From: Rhizodiscina lignyota
Lineage: Eukaryota
NCBI GenBank assembly: GCA_010015805.1
Contig: ML978128.1
Span: 806,001-870,000, forward strand
Direction: 5' to 3'
DNA: 64,000 nucleotides
In this document: piece by piece, positions 1 through 13,886 of the stretch
How the letters are laid out: every line of letters starts with the position of its first letter
How positions within the stretch are numbered: the first letter of the stretch is position 1
Made by a program: the position numbers and the translations under genes
Notes under the pieces: generated by a model
What the model was told of the DNA's origin: nothing
Seen by the model: the letters and a program-made list of their open reading frames with translations, nothing else
Databases searched by the model: none

Positions 1-2718
1 TGGAAGTGCCGTTTAGGATTTTCCAATGCGGCCGTGTTCTCGTTTGTCTGTAGATTGGAGTGGATGAGCTCAATGAGGCCATTGAGATATTTCGTCGTGA
101 CCTAAATAAGTATTGTTAGCCACAGTCATAACAGTCGAGACTTTAAGTCAACATACCGCTTCGTTCTCTTGGTCGAAGTAGTAGACATATCTGTTCAGTA
201 TCTCCACAAAGAGCTCCACAGATACGGCGGTGTCCATGCACGCATCTGCTACGCGTAGCGCCCTCTGCAGACACTCAAGCACGCGCTTGCCGTCGCGGTA
301 TAGCTCCTTCTTCTCTTCCGGCTTGCCATCTTCCTTTTGTTCGCCATTATCTGTAGCCCACCACAGATGGCTCGCCAGGTATACCGCGCGACACTGATCC
401 GGCTTCTTGAGCAGCTTGCTTCCGTGCAGTGCAGCCTTGGTGATTAACGTATCAAAGTTTTCTCGTCCGAAGTTACGCGTCTGGTGCAAGGCGCCGGCAA
501 TGACGCACACAGCTTGGAACTGTGCGCGGCTGTCGCTGATGCTCTCCTCGTAGACAGTGAATGCCTGAGCGAAGAATTCGTACGAGACTTCTTCATGTTG
601 CGTTTGGTCTGCTATTTGTCCGGCAGATATGAACAATCGCAGCACAAGATCAGCCGTCGAAGGTGTGGAGATGCGGGTGTACAATGCAGAAAGAAGGGAG
701 TGGACGAATTTGTAGTTGGCGGTGGACTGCGTTGACCAATTGTCGTCGAAATGTTCGCGCGTCTTGAAGCGTCGAGCGAGTTTGAGAGAAGAAGTGATGA
801 GAGCTGGTGTGGTGTATTTGATTCGATCGTTGCCTTCGGCGAAGGATTGTCGGGCCTTTTGAAGAAGCTGGAGTTGGGTATCGTTTGAGGACGCTTGGAT
901 CAAATGAACTATTCTCGCCAGCCAGCCCTGCTCCTCGACCGTCTCATCGGTTTCGACGCCTTTCCGTTGCAATGGGCCCCCGGGGTAGCCAGAGCTTTGC
1001 TGAGTCCCCTCTTTGATGAGAACTTTGAGGATCTCAAGGACGCCATCAAGTTGCTCAACGGTTTTTATCTTGATATCATTCTTGAGAAGACTCCTCGCTA
1101 CTTCTCCCGCTACGGCTCGTCGTGTCGGATACGGTTGGGCATGTAATAAAGGAATGAAGTTTGGAAGTGCCAAAGTTGTGAAAAGCGATAAGTAAGCCTT
1201 AACCGTAGCAAGCAGGAGAGCGTGGATATGTTGTTGCGAAACTTGAGAGTGAAGATCTGCGCTGTTGGCGTACTGCGCGACTTTCTCGTTCGCAAAAGCG
1301 AAGACTTGGTCAACGTAATCCAGGCGGTCGGGATAGACGTTTCTACAACTGGTCAGCAAATCTTACTTGATCATGGGATCGACTAGCTTACAGTGCAAGG
1401 TTCGTTAGAGAAACGAGAAGCGCCATGGTGTCCTGAATTGGTAATCTTTGGATCTTTACCAAGCTCGCTACTTGTTCATGGAAGATTTCGAAGAGCTTGA
1501 TGTGGTCCGGTATGCCGTGGGCCTTTGGCGAATCACCATTTGTAGCCTCCGGTTGTGCTGGCTCTGGCGCTGGTTCGGGCTCTACTGCCGTGCTCGCTTC
1601 TGATGGTGCTTCGCTTGGAGTTGGCTCACCAGCTTCTCCATTCTGTTGTGGAGGTTCCGGTTTCCTCTCCTTTGCTATCTTGAGCTGCTCCATCAGTTTT
1701 ACTGTGGCTTCTTCCTCTTGCTTCTCTCTTTCCTCTGGCGTCAGCGCCTCTGCCTCTCGGGCCGCATACGCAGACAAGCGATCCATCAAGCCGATCACTA
1801 TTGCCTTAACGTTGACGTGTGGGTTCAAGCGGGCAGTCGCAGAGAGAAATTGGTCGAGAGTGTGGAGGTGGAATTCGTCCGGAAAAACTTGGGTTATGAC
1901 TTCCAAAAGGTATTCCTGCGCCAGGACATCTCGGCATTGCACAACCTGCTCCAACAGCGGCTGAAGTATCTTCTTGTAGTTCTCCAAGTCCACGAGCTGG
2001 CTGAGGCGCACGAGGTTGCTGCCCACAAGCAATTGCAGTTCCTGTCTCTCTTTCGTCCGCTGCTCCCGTTCTCGCGAGTGTCCCTGGTGTTGCAGCCTGA
2101 CCCAGAGCTTGTTCATTTCCACGAAATTCGTCAGGATGAAGCTTATCGAATCTTGGAGGTTGCCTTCTGGTCCATCCCCGGTGCCTTGAGGTAGATAATC
2201 TCTTGCTTGTCCTGTGAGGTAATATCTGAGGAATAAACCGCGGATTGGGTGCTGGACGCCTCTGGACATCTCCATCATGTCCTTCATGATCTCCTTCACA
2301 GGCGCGTCGTCAATTGACATGTAGACCGTTCCGACAGTGATCATGAGGTAGAGTCGAGGTATGATATTCCCGGCATACTGAACCAGTTCGTACAGATCCG
2401 CAAGGTGGTTCACCGGGTGGTTATCTCGAAGGTATACAGAGAGGTGCCGCAGCGCATCGAAGACACTCATATACAGCTCGTAATACTGCTTTGGTCCCAG
2501 TGTGGAAGTTCGCAACTCAGAAACCAATGTCGAAGAGCACTGTGGCAGTTAGTATAGATGTTCGTTCTTATGGTTTTTGTGGTGCGCGTCACCTTCAAGG
2601 CGTCCATGAGCTTCCCAGGCGTCTCTAGATTTCTGCGCATGAGCGTCGTCTGCTGCCTCACGACTCCGAGCGCATCCTCCAGCAGCCTGGCCTGGTCGAC
2701 AACCTCTTCCGAAGCCAT
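1..2718 (-). CDS. VPS35: Retromer cargo-recognition subunit Vps35 (3' end runs off the window)
   Basis: Exons 2718-2593, 2539-1392, 1342-157 and 101-<1, joined by GT-AG introns 2592-2540, 1391-1343 and 156-102. Translation has the hallmark Vps35 motifs [32 protein letters not shown] and [20 protein letters not shown]. Confidence 0.97.
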
Positions 2719-2981
2719 TGTGAACTTGTGGGAGGCTTCGCTCGTGCGTGCAGGTAGGTATGTCGTTTGAGCAGAGCGGCGCTGTGCTTAACTAACAGGC
2801 GGGCTTGCGATGGTGCATACGCACAAGCTAGTTTGTGGCCATTATCCATCTATAGCCCACCGCCCCGGCCGACTTCATCATAGAAAGAGCTCCAGTCTAA
2901 AACTTTAACGTCTATTCGCAATTCCTGATATCTACCTCGAATTAAGGATTTCTTAAGATTCTTATTTCATGGTCTCACAAA

Positions 2982-3781
2982 ATGGCTCGATCCGCGCGAG
3001 ATGCAACACTTTTTACACAGACCGGTCCTTATGCTTCCTCTAAGCCAACGCATCTAAAGCTCGATTCAGTGGCACCACCGAATGAGACACCAGCGCAAAA
3101 GGTAGCCCGGTTGCGTGCGGCAGCCCAGCGCGCGAGATTGGGACAAGAATCAACATGGGATAAGGTTGTTCGGCATGGCAGAGTGGTTGCGGATAAGTCG
3201 CACAGGATCACTGTGTATAGTTTGCTCATATTTTCCGGTAGGGGATCTCAATTACGACTGATCTATACATGAACTAACGTCGTATTCCCCAAGGTCTCGC
3301 CGGCGCATTTATAACGTTTTCAATGGTCGACCTAATCCTTTACAACCGCCGTAAGAAGAAAGAATGGGCAGCAGTCGAAAAGGTGCAACGAGCCGCCACC
3401 CTCACCGCAGCAATCGAAGCAGTAGAGCAAGGCACTGCATCAGAAGCACAAGCAGCCATCGTTCAAAATGAGCGAGAGAAAGCGGCAGAAGCGGAAAGGA
3501 AGAATAACAGGAAATGGTCCGATTTCTTCTACAGTGGGCTATCGAAGGAGGAGAAACCAGGCGGGACTTTGGCAGCGGCAATTGTAACGCAGGAGCAGGA
3601 GCAAGGGGTGCCTATGAGCGTCGTCAAGGCAGTCGAGGAGTACGAGGCGGATAAGGAGGCGAAGAGAGATCAGGCGGCGAGAACGGTGAAAGGAGGGCAT
3701 TTGGACCAAATTGCTGAGAATGCTGCGCAAGCTGCGACGGAAGGGACGAAAGGTTGGATGAGCTGGATAAGAGGACGGTAG
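2982..3781 (+). CDS. COX14-family cytochrome c oxidase assembly protein (fungal extended form)
   Basis: Exons 2982-3237 and 3294-3781; intron 3238-3293 (GTAGGG...CTAAC...AAG) joins the two ORF-track pieces in frame (IFSG-LAGAFITFSMVD). One TM segment follows the ADKSHR motif typical of the COX14 domain. Confidence 0.7.
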
Positions 3782-4153
3782 AAGGACCAGAGGACTAAGA
3801 AGACTGTAGTCATATTGTGATTTGTCTAGATATAGATTTGGCTTCGTTGCATGGGCGGCGCATTGAGCGATGCTTGGTTCATGTATGAGTACAAAGCTCA
3901 AAGGGGACGCCTCTTCACTTCACCAAAAGATCTGTACATATGTCAATTGTAAATCTTAATTCAAGATTTGAACATGCGCAACGAATGCTATTCGGAGTAT
4001 ATGTATGCTAAAAATGCAGGGTGACGCGCCATCCCATGCTCCCAATCCGTCCCGAACTCAAAAACTCCTGATAACGATAGTGCCCTGATGCTCATGCTGT
4101 CTAAAATAAGCCATATGGTTATGAATCGTAAGAATATGTACGTCCAAACATCA

Positions 4154-6208
4154 TCATATTTCTGCCTTCCAGCTAGCACCCATCGGTATCTGGCCGGTTT
4201 CCCATTTCTTGCAAGAGCCCCACCAGTGGCGGGCTCTACATGTTGCCCTGGGAGCAGCTGGGGTTGAAGTTGGGGTAGGGGTGGGCGTAGTAGTGGTGTG
4301 ATCATAGCAGCCCCAGAAGTAACCACGGGTGCTACATGTTGTAGAAGTGGCAGTGTTGGTTGGCTGGAAAGAGGAAGTTGTTGTAACATGGGGAATAGTT
4401 GTGATTGTTGGAGCCGGAGCAGGAGCAGGAGTGGCTTCTTTCCCGTCCGAAGTGGTTGTAGTCGTCGTTGTTGGATCATTGCATCCAAACCAACCTGGCG
4501 TCTTGCACGTGGAGCTACTAGTTGTCGTGTTAGTCGATGTTGAGGTTGTGGATGTTGTTGTCTCGTCCAAGCATCCCCACCAACCTGAAGTAGATTAGCA
4601 TCCTTCCAAACCAATAGGGAGCCCAAGAAGCAAAGTCTTACCAGGTGTTTTGCATGTCGTCGTCCTTGTTTTAGTGGTCGACGTACTAGACGAAGAGCTA
4701 GTGGTACTGGTGTTGTTATGAGATTCAAAGAACTCCCAGTTAAAGCAATCAACGCAATCGCTATACGCTTCACATTTGGGTGGCGAATCTAGGATGATAT
4801 TAGAAACATTTAGGACGATCATCGCAAGGAATTGTACACAGTATCGGCATTTTGTTATGGGGAGGGCCAAAACTCACCATACTTCTGAATAACCTCATGG
4901 ATCACACTCTTTATCCTGTGATTGCCAAGTCCTACGCGCCAGCCATTGTCTTGAACCGTATCATAAATACAGACAAGGCCTGTGTGGCAAACACTCTCCA
5001 TGGCATATCCGGCGAGCGTGCATCCGCTGTATGCTCCATTGCATGTTCCCATGAATATTGGGTCAGCAGTTTGACCGAAGTGGTAGCCGCCTGTCATCGC
5101 ACGCTCCTGGTGGTATCCGAGGTTGTAGCCTGGGGGAACTGGAAGGCCAAGTCTTGATGCCGCCATGGCTTCTGCAGGAGCTTCAAAAGTAACACAGGGC
5201 AAACCGTAAGTAAGGGCTAGTAGGCTACTTACAGCTCCTCCAAGTGAATGCCCTGCAACCCAGACATCAGCATCCGGATAGAGAGCGGTGACATTGTGGT
5301 AAAGGTCCTGAGCCGCGTAGTAGTACCGATTCTTCTCCTTCAGCGATTTGACCAAGCAGGTGCTATTGCACGTAAAGGCACTAGTTTTGCAGTCGCAGAC
5401 CTGTTTCCAGAGGTACTGGCCTCCTTGAGCGCAACAGCAGCTAAAGAAGAGGTTATCGTTGATCTTGTCGTTGCTTGTGGTCTCGGAACCATCAAAGACC
5501 GCTGGTGACGTTCCTTTCAGACCGATAACGATGGTCTTGTTTTCCGTGTCAGCGAATATGTGCCCTCGCAGACCATCAGCCTCCCATCCGAAATCCTCTG
5601 TGTAGTTGAAGCCACCGCCAACATCCTCCCAATCTCCCTCACCGGGATCCAAGACGTACGCATCAGCTGCGATTTGTGCGAATGACAGCACGGTCTCTTT
5701 ATCCGTTACATTTGGCCCTAGTATGTCGTCTATTGTCCATGCAGAGGGTGGGAGCGACACTGCTTGGCCAGACATTCGTCCATGGTCGATGATCTCATTT
5801 ACCCGAGCGGGATCGCGATCTGCTAATCGTTGGATTTGGAGGGACTCTGACCGCGCCCGAAGCTGCGGCACAGGTTTTCTGTAATTCGACCCATCCTCAG
5901 TCATAAAGACCTGAGCATCTTTGGGAACATCGAGCCGCCGGTGGAGGTTGGGGTAACGATAGGTCCCTCGAACGAAGATGTGTCTCAAGGTCTAGAATGT
6001 AATTAGTACACTAGGCACCATTATCTATGATTGTTACACATACAAACTCATGTTCCCTGGGTTTCACAGCGGGAGTTTCGTGGCCATCGGGATGAGACAC
6101 AATAGGCGGAAGGACTGCCAGTCCATGCCCAAACTGAGGCGTCACCGCCGCAGCGGGACTCGAAAGGTATGATGTTAGAAGAAGGAAAGGAAAGACGGTC
6201 GCTATCAT
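4154..6208 (-). CDS. ATG15: Autophagy-related vacuolar lipase Atg15
   Basis: Exons 6208-6044, 5991-4878, 4788-4642 and 4584-4154 (introns 6043-5992, 4877-4789, 4641-4585). N-terminal hydrophobic anchor, [26 protein letters not shown], lipase GHSLGG and a Ser/Thr-rich tail. Confidence 0.95.
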
Positions 6209-6681
6209 GGCGATAGAGGAAGATGAAATGGTTGAAAGCGAGTCCAAGGCATGACAGTACAGAAAAGTAGGGTATTCTGTGTGAGATGCTGTGTTGTTGA
6301 TGGTGAATTGGTGGGAGGCGATGCCAAAGGACGACGCACGTGCCTCGAATGACGCCCGCATGAGCGATCGACAGGCCAGCACCCGACCCCAGCCCTACCC
6401 AGGTGGACCAGGGCATCTGAGAGGTGCTGAATGCCGCGTGTCATGCTGCATCTGAGGGAGATCCATTTCACCATTCGGAGCTTCTAGTCAGCAGCATTGT
6501 CATCTCACCTGTGTCCCTCTTTAATCCTCTCCTCCGTGGACGATGGGGTGTATAAAGCTGTTATCATTTTGACACCGCCTCGTCCACCAATCCCACGGCG
6601 GCCGAGACACGACCTTCTGAAAGCGGACACTGCTGAATAGATGAGCTCTGTCACCAGATCGGCTCTCTAACCTTCGCAACA

Positions 6682-9213
6682 ATGGAGTCCGGCACAGATA
6701 TTACCGGCTCTAGGCCTCAATTGCAGAAGTCTATGACAGGATTCTCGAGATTCGACTCTCCACGACAGACAACGCAAAAGAGCAAAAAGAGCAGGAGCAG
6801 AGCCTCCACGATCCAAGGCACCCCTGTTCCGGACATACTTTTACAAACCGATTATGAGACTTCACCTGAGAAAGAGAGGCGGAGTGGAGAGGACATCTTC
6901 GTTCAAAATGACGAAGTGGATGCTCTTGGAGGTACAGAAGAGCCCGATGCGGAGATGCCGCAGAGCTTTGAGGACCTGCCCATCGAGATTCGGAGCTTGA
7001 CGGAAAGGTGAGTGTTGGAATTTATACGCTATTCTAGGTCAAATCTGCGATTTCATGAATGGTGAAGCTAATGGGGAGCTTTCAGATTCCTCGAGTCCCT
7101 ATCTGCCAAAGTTCATCCGACGCCGCTCAGCATCGACGCGCTTTCCATCCTCTTCCAAGACTTCTACATACGGGCGGAAGCACATATCGCAACGCACATA
7201 GCTGCACTATCCTCCCGAATATCCCGAGATAAAAGTCCCGCTCCATCTGCATCATCGAAAGGATCCCGCGGCAATGGCAAATCCGGCACTGCAACCCCGT
7301 CTCGAAATCGATCTTCGTCGGATGCTGCGAATCAAGAGCAGCAGATGGTGTCTGCATCGGAAATACTGGATAAGAGAAAAGCCCGAAGGATACTAGAATT
7401 GAAGCGTATCGCGCTCGAGGAGGCCGTAGAACGAGCAGTCTGTGAGAAGCTGTACCCAAAGCTGTATCGGCATAGAAGTACAGACGACGAAGAGCGGGAC
7501 CAGAAGCTGCGCTCACGCGTTGCCGCATTATCCCTTGTAGGCATTGGTCTGAAAGAACTTTTGGTCACCGGAACATCCGAAGACCTGTCTGAAGAGGTTC
7601 AAAAGCAGGTTTCAGACGATGAGGAGCAGATCAAGGCTTGGCTGGGGCCAACGCGAGAGAGCCTGATGAAAATGAACGAAGCAGAGTATCCAGCTGCTAA
7701 GCTCGCACACTTGACTGTCGCCCACAAAGGCATTGTTGAGACCCTCGGGAAGATGTTTCCAGCTTCCAGTAGCGCGGACGAGGTGTTGCCGACCCTTATT
7801 TATGCTTTGATGACCACGCCGCCTTCAGAGATCAACGCGATAAGCAACCTGAACTTTATTCAGCGATTCCGTGCTACGAACAAACTAGATGGAGAATCAG
7901 CATATTGTCTTGTCAACCTCGAAGCCGCCATATCGTTCTTAGAGACCGTCGATTTGCCGAGTTTGCGCAAGGGAGAGCTTCCGCAAGGCCCAGATAAATC
8001 TGGTCGACCTATTACTCCACTAGTATCGCATGCTCCAATGCAGCTGGGAATTACTCCAGCAGACGATGTTGTGTCGACTCCAGATTCCGAAGGGAGGTCC
8101 ATCAGCCCGAGACCTCTGCCATCACCAAGTAAGCCAAATTCAAGGCGACTTAGTACCCTTACACAAACCTTCCAAAGTGGCTCCGCGAAAATTGAGGCCG
8201 CCGGCGACAGTTTCCGCGGCGCTGTGCTAGACGGAGCAGATCAAGCGTTCGATGCCATCAACAACACGTTCGAAAATAGCTTCCGGTTCATGTTCGGTAA
8301 AGTGAAGGAGCAACAAAGTAAACGAAGTGTGAGCGGCCCCAGCAAAATTGAGTCGCTCAAAGATGGTCAGAATGGCAAGGAGTTGGATACAAAGGGAGGA
8401 TTGGTGGAAATGCCGAAAACTCTCGAAGACGCGCGGAAACTTGTCAGCCCGACAATACCATCTGAGGAGATCTTCAGCGGCGATATACACGGTGATGAAG
8501 CTAGCGTTAGCGCTGCAAGCGATCAGCCAGAAGACTCTCGCAGCGATCTAGGCGTAACATCCATCGATCCACTTAACACAAGACCACTGGATATGAACTC
8601 AAAGGTCCTAGACCTCATCGGGGGACGACGCCAAATTCGGGATCGCAGTGTCGATTCCTCCCGTAGCGGTGGTAGCGCAGCTGGTAAGAAAGTTGCCTTT
8701 CTCGACACGAGTACGAAAGACCCTCTTTCATCTAGTCCAAGCGGGTCTCCTCCATCGAATATCTTACCTCCTTCAGCCGGTGGTGTAACTTCGTCGCCAG
8801 CACCTATTGCGTCGCCGGGCAATCCTGCACTGGAGGGTATTAGAGGCATTGGCAATTCGTTGAACCCTTTCAATCGCATCAGCGGCGTTGGAGGGCTATT
8901 CGGCCGTAGAGACTCAGCGTCTCCAGGGCACTCACCACAACCATCTACAACATCCTTCACTCCAGGAGCAGAAAAGGAGAAAGCGGCCACCTTACCGGCT
9001 GACGTTGCAGCAGTGCCTGTTACATTAACGCCGAGAGAGGCGAGAGCGCTCACTGGTATTGAAGAGCTGAAGAAGCTTGCTGCGAGCGGTGGATCGGGGA
9101 AGAGGTTCTTGGACATGAAGGATGCGAAGGATATGAAGATTGGAGAAGTGGAGGAGTTGCTGAAGGCTTATCAAGGTCTTGTCGCCAGCGTGAGGAGTGT
9201 GGTAGATACTTAG
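6682..9213 (+). CDS. VPS9-domain guanine nucleotide exchange factor (Muk1-like)
   Basis: Exons 6682-7007 and 7086-9213 (intron 7008-7085, GTGAGT...CTAAT...TTCAG). VPS9 motifs SADEVLPTLIY and GESAYCLVNLEAAISFLE. Start codon uncertain. Confidence 0.88.
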
Positions 9214-9460
9214 ACTCAGCGAGGTGCCCCTGCGAGACATAGATATTGGACTAATTTAGACCACGACTATCGCTCTTGTCCCTATTGAACAGCATAGCGC
9301 GGCGTTTGGGGTGGATGAACTTGTTAATTACGGCAGCGCGGCGAATCACGGCCGTAGTACGCGAATTCCATTATATCATATATCAAACCCTCATCCTTCC
9401 AAAAAATTCTATAAATCTATCTTGCAACCGCGAGTGAGCGTTCAAGTCTCCCCATCTCCT

Positions 9461-10890
9461 TCAACTCCGCAAATACTCACAAACCTTCTTCCCCCATACA
9501 TCACCCTTCTTATATACCACCATCTTCGACACGCTGCCCAACCATAGCCCCTCAATCGCCTGTGCCAGGTCCTCCCCGCTCCCCTCCGCCTTCACATCGT
9601 CCAACTCATACTGATATGTCTTGAAACCGAACACCAGCGCGCCCGTCTTAGGCAGTCGATGCAGCGTCTGCCGCTCCGCGCGCAGCACCGTGTCCTTCAG
9701 ATTGACTTCATCGTCCTTTCCCCCTTGCTGCTCCAACGTCTCCGCAACGGTGACAGGGGCACTGCTGCTGGCGATGGCGTCGCCGTGGTTGCCCTTGACG
9801 AGGAAGAGTTCGCGGTTCGTGGTGACGGCCCAGTTGCGGCGCTGCACTATCTTGCCCGGTGGTAGCGTGGCGAAGAAGCGGTCCATGGATTTCTCGAGCT
9901 TCGACGCGTAGCCGGGTACCGGGTCGTGAATCGAGGCGAGGGGCTTGGAGAATTTCTCGAGCCAGTTGAAACCCGAAGGGAAAGTGCCCATGAAGGCGTG
10001 CAAGTGGTAGCGAGGTTGATCTTGGGTGGAGTCAACGGGTGTGGATGTCCCTGAAGAAGATTGGTAAGAGGCAGGGTGGAAGGACGGCCCTGGGTAGGAT
10101 GGAGGCTCCATGGTTGAGGGTGTGGGAAGGAGGAAGATGAAGTCGCAATCGACGTGTGAGCTCAGCGTCTTCAATGCTGCTTTGGGATCATTGGGAGGTT
10201 GGACAGGTATGTCCTCTCCGGTGACGAGATTCCGTAGGACCTGAGGGGTTGTGGGAGCTTTCTCGTCGACTACATGATTAGAAAGCTGATACATTGTGGG
10301 AAAGCGCTTTGGAAGATAGGTTGTCGTCATCCACTCGTAGAATTCGTTTACTGCAGGGACTCCGGCAGGATTGCATTGAACGACTTCCGGTTCATGATGC
10401 ACGTGGCAATCGCGCCGGATATGAATGCGTGATAGGTATGTTTTATCGACGAGGACTAGGTCGGCTAGCGAACATGTTTCCAGAGCTGCGAACGAATCAG
10501 TAATGTCGTTGGTATTGAAGATACTCTGAGCTCGGCATACCCATGGTCAGGTGGTATTTCGGCTTAAATGGACGGATCTTAATCGGCTCTGTCGTTTTCC
10601 AGTCCAAGTCAGCGAGAGGCTCAATCGCCTCATAGGGATCTTCGAGGATTTCCTTCTCATTGATTGCCCCGAGTTGCGAGATGCGCTGTCACGCCAATTA
10701 GTGATGGATTGCTAGTAGAACGATCCACAGGATATTCAACAGCAAAAGCATTCAGGACGTCTTGAAAAACTCAAACATTAAATCTTACTTTTCGCTGCAA
10801 TTTTGCAGAAGCTCCCCGAGTAAGCCATATCAATATGGCGGCGGACAAGGGAATGGCAAGCAAGAAGAGAAAGGAAGCTGGTGTAATCAT
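9461..10890 (-). CDS. DUF3445 / heme-dependent oxidative N-demethylase alpha-like protein with N-terminal membrane anchor
   Basis: Exons 10890-10789, 10685-10541 and 10485-9461 (introns 10788-10686, 10540-10486). Motifs IRPFKPKYHLTM, YLPKRFP, IHDPVPGY, QRRNW and LRAERQTLHRLPKTGA. N-terminus MITPASFLFLLAIPLSAAILIWL is hydrophobic. Confidence 0.88.
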
Positions 10891-11237
10891 AGCGGCCAAC
10901 AATGCGAAGACAGTTACTAAGGAGAGAATGGACACAACTACTCATCACAATACTACAATGAAAGAAACTCAAGTGGGACTGGAGGACATTAAGATAAGTT
11001 GTGCATAGGGCGGAGTTGAGGGTAAAAGTTGCCGAACTCGGTTAGTCACGGATTGCCACGAGATCTTAGAGGTTGTCGATATTCCGGATAAGAAACATAA
11101 TCGGCATTGGAATATGATAAAGTAAACAGGGATTCGAATACTCTGATATTCTCGTACGAAACCTACAATAATACTCCAATGAAACGAAAGACTTTATAGG
11201 CCGTAGCACAGTTAATAGAGCGCAACGAAAGACGCTC

Positions 11238-11975
11238 TTAGTATCCCATGGCCGCCATCGGTGTCATGGCATTTCTCTTCGCTCTGAGCATATGCGCTAC
11301 CTTAGACACGCCTAAGAAATCAAATAGAATGCACATCTTGAGCTTTACGATCATGTTCGAGTCGTAATGGTCAGAGGGACTCATGGGTATGTTGCGAAGC
11401 TCCTCTCGAAGGCCGTATGCATCAAGAAGACTGTCGAGAATTCTTGCTACAAGGTAGGAAAAGATGTCAGTTACAGTTCGTCAAATAAGCACGGTTAGAA
11501 TACGTACACGTACCATCTCCCTGTAACATAAGGCGCAACTCGTTCAGCGTTATTCCACTTCGGAATTGAGAGGGAAAGCGACCATCCTGTGTCATCTTTG
11601 GCTGGATTTCAGCACTGAGTGCATCTGGGTGGATCTGGGAATTTGCAAGTGTGACTGCCAGGTTTGTTCTATAGAGATGTCAATATCGACGCAACCTTCG
11701 GGATCAAGGGGGTTTCACCGTCGGATCTTCTCTTCCATACCTCCATCGCGAGCTTCCATGTTGTCACGCATAGAGCGTGATTGCCTGGGCCGTATATCGT
11801 TTGCACAGTAGTCGTCAAGATCATCGTGGCCCATTCCGTACCCAGCATCGCGGCCGACTTCTCGAATGGCCATGTCCATTTCACTCATATCGCCCATCAT
11901 CCCACGAGCCCGAGGATCTGGAGGGTAAGATGCTTGACTACCACGGCGAATTGTCATTTGATGGCCAGAGATCAT
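11238..11975 (-). CDS. Hypothetical three-exon protein with a Mug135-like C-terminal domain
   Basis: Exons 11975-11719, 11668-11514 and 11446-11238; introns 11718-11669 (GTGAAA...TTGAC...TAG) and 11513-11447 (GTACGT...CTGAC...TAG). Splicing gives one open frame ending ...RILDSLLDAYGLREEL...KLKMCILFDFLGVSKVAHMLRAKRNAMTPMAAMGY*. Domain label is from pattern resemblance only. Confidence 0.7.
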
Positions 11976-12498
11976 ATTTGAGAAGAAAGAACGTTATCAA
12001 CTAAGATTCACATCTAGAGAAACAGATAGTTGGAGAGACGCAACACAACCGAGCGGGAGGGGAGAGTCTGCGCCTTAAATGTTGCTTGTGCTAGGCATCC
12101 ATCTATATCACATGGCTTTATACATGACGCAGCAGTCGGATGAGCATATTGTGTAACGATGGATCTCCGAGCCAGACATGTACAATCAGGTCTCCCAAGA
12201 GGTGAAGAGACCCGCTTCGGACAAGCCGGAACCACTGGGTTTGCAGATCTTGGTCACACCATCGTCGCTGGGACGTGCAAGAGTGTCCAAAGTTTGCAAT
12301 TTGGACGAGACATTTACCAGAAGGGAAGCCATGTGTGCTGCATCTCCAGTCGAAGGCCCTTCAGTTCCGCCCCGCAGATATGCACGAAGGAGCAAATATG
12401 TCAGTTTGTCCCACGCCCGTGATTTGAGCTGATTCGGTAGATGCGCATTGCCTTCGACTTTCAAACAGAAGTCCAGCTTTCAAGGCAAAACCCTGCGG

Positions 12499-12916
12499 TC
12501 ATCCGCCTTTCCGCCGCGGCTCGCTGTTGCCTCGTCTCTTTCTGTACTGTATTTCTTCTGTGTGTGTTGCGCTTGCATGTCCGCCCTCCTGACTCTGAGA
12601 CCTGCTGTGTGGGATACCGAAAGTTCTCTTCTCGCCGCTTGGCCTCTCAGTGAGGCTCGGGGCTCTCGGGCGCTGCTTTCCTCTCGCGCGGCCACCGATG
12701 TAGGGGATATGGTAGGTCAAGCAGCGCCAGATGTACAGGAGAAGGTCGTAAAGCAGAACGAGTAGCCACGGGGCAATTGATACAAGTCCCATAAATAGCT
12801 GCAACTGTCAGCCTCATATTTCGTTGAGAAAATGCAAGTGATGCACTCACGAAGAACCGGACGATCCACCCTTCAATCACGCTGAAACTGTCGGGAAGAA
12901 TTGACAAGAATGCCAT
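12499..12916 (-). CDS. Small conserved fungal membrane protein (uncharacterised)
   Basis: Exons 12916-12851 and 12798-12499 (intron 12850-12799, GTGAGT...CTGAC...CAG). One hydrophobic segment followed by GGRARGKQRPRAPSL. Confidence 0.78.
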
Positions 12917-13886
12917 TTCGGGGCTCAGAAAAGTGAGGCCGTCATGTCCTCACTGTCATGGCATCAACCCAATCAAGAGTCCAAAAGCAGGTTCATATAT
13001 CAAGAAGAACATATGATGTGCTGGTTGCGTGCCAGCGTTGTTTACCAGAAAGGCTAGGTCCACCTGCCTGCATATTTAAGTAATCGCGCCGCGCAGAAGG
13101 ATCGCCAGGGTTCTCTTCCTTTCACGTCACTGCTCCTATGTATCGCGAGAATGTCCAGAAATTAGAGACATCAACGAGACTATTGTTCAAGGCCACCGGA
13201 GACTGAAAGCGACAGTGACTCTTGCGAAGGATGGGACGTGTGCGAGTCCAATCGGCGTCTCAGAAGAGTTCTAAACGCGGCGTGTGAATTGTAGAATGAC
13301 CAGTGAAGAAGATGGGCCAAACCGAGGAGCTAAGCACGCGCAAAAGTTTCCAGAATATCTTGCGGCAAGTGAATCATGCCTGAGTTGAGGGGGAAGAGAG
13401 GCCTGTGGAGCCGACCTTATTGCTCCGCGTCTGGCCGTTGTTGAGCGTGAATGACTGCAGCCTGACTACACAGGCTTCACTTAAAGCTTCACTCCTCTCT
13501 TCACTTCAACCTCGTACATCACCACTCACCACTTCACCAAATCCTTCAATCAACTCATCTGTTTTCGTCTGGCTCAGTTCGTCTTACATCATAAAAGACG
13601 TTTTCCAACTACTGCGAAATTGATCGAGCTTAAGCTCTGCTCAATTCTAGCAGCGCGTCTTGAGTAAACACCCGACCGAGTGACCACGGTCACTGAGCCA
13701 CTCCGCGGCGCACAAACTTCTTCACTCCTCCCCGATTCTTCTTCCTCAAACCCAACACCCACCGAGCAGCAACTTCGTTCCCTGAACTCTGCTGGAATTG
13801 CCACAACCTTGACCGAGTCTCTTCACTTGGATACACCGAAACTTGACGAGGGCACCCGTCGCGCGCAGACTTCTTCACTCAACGAC

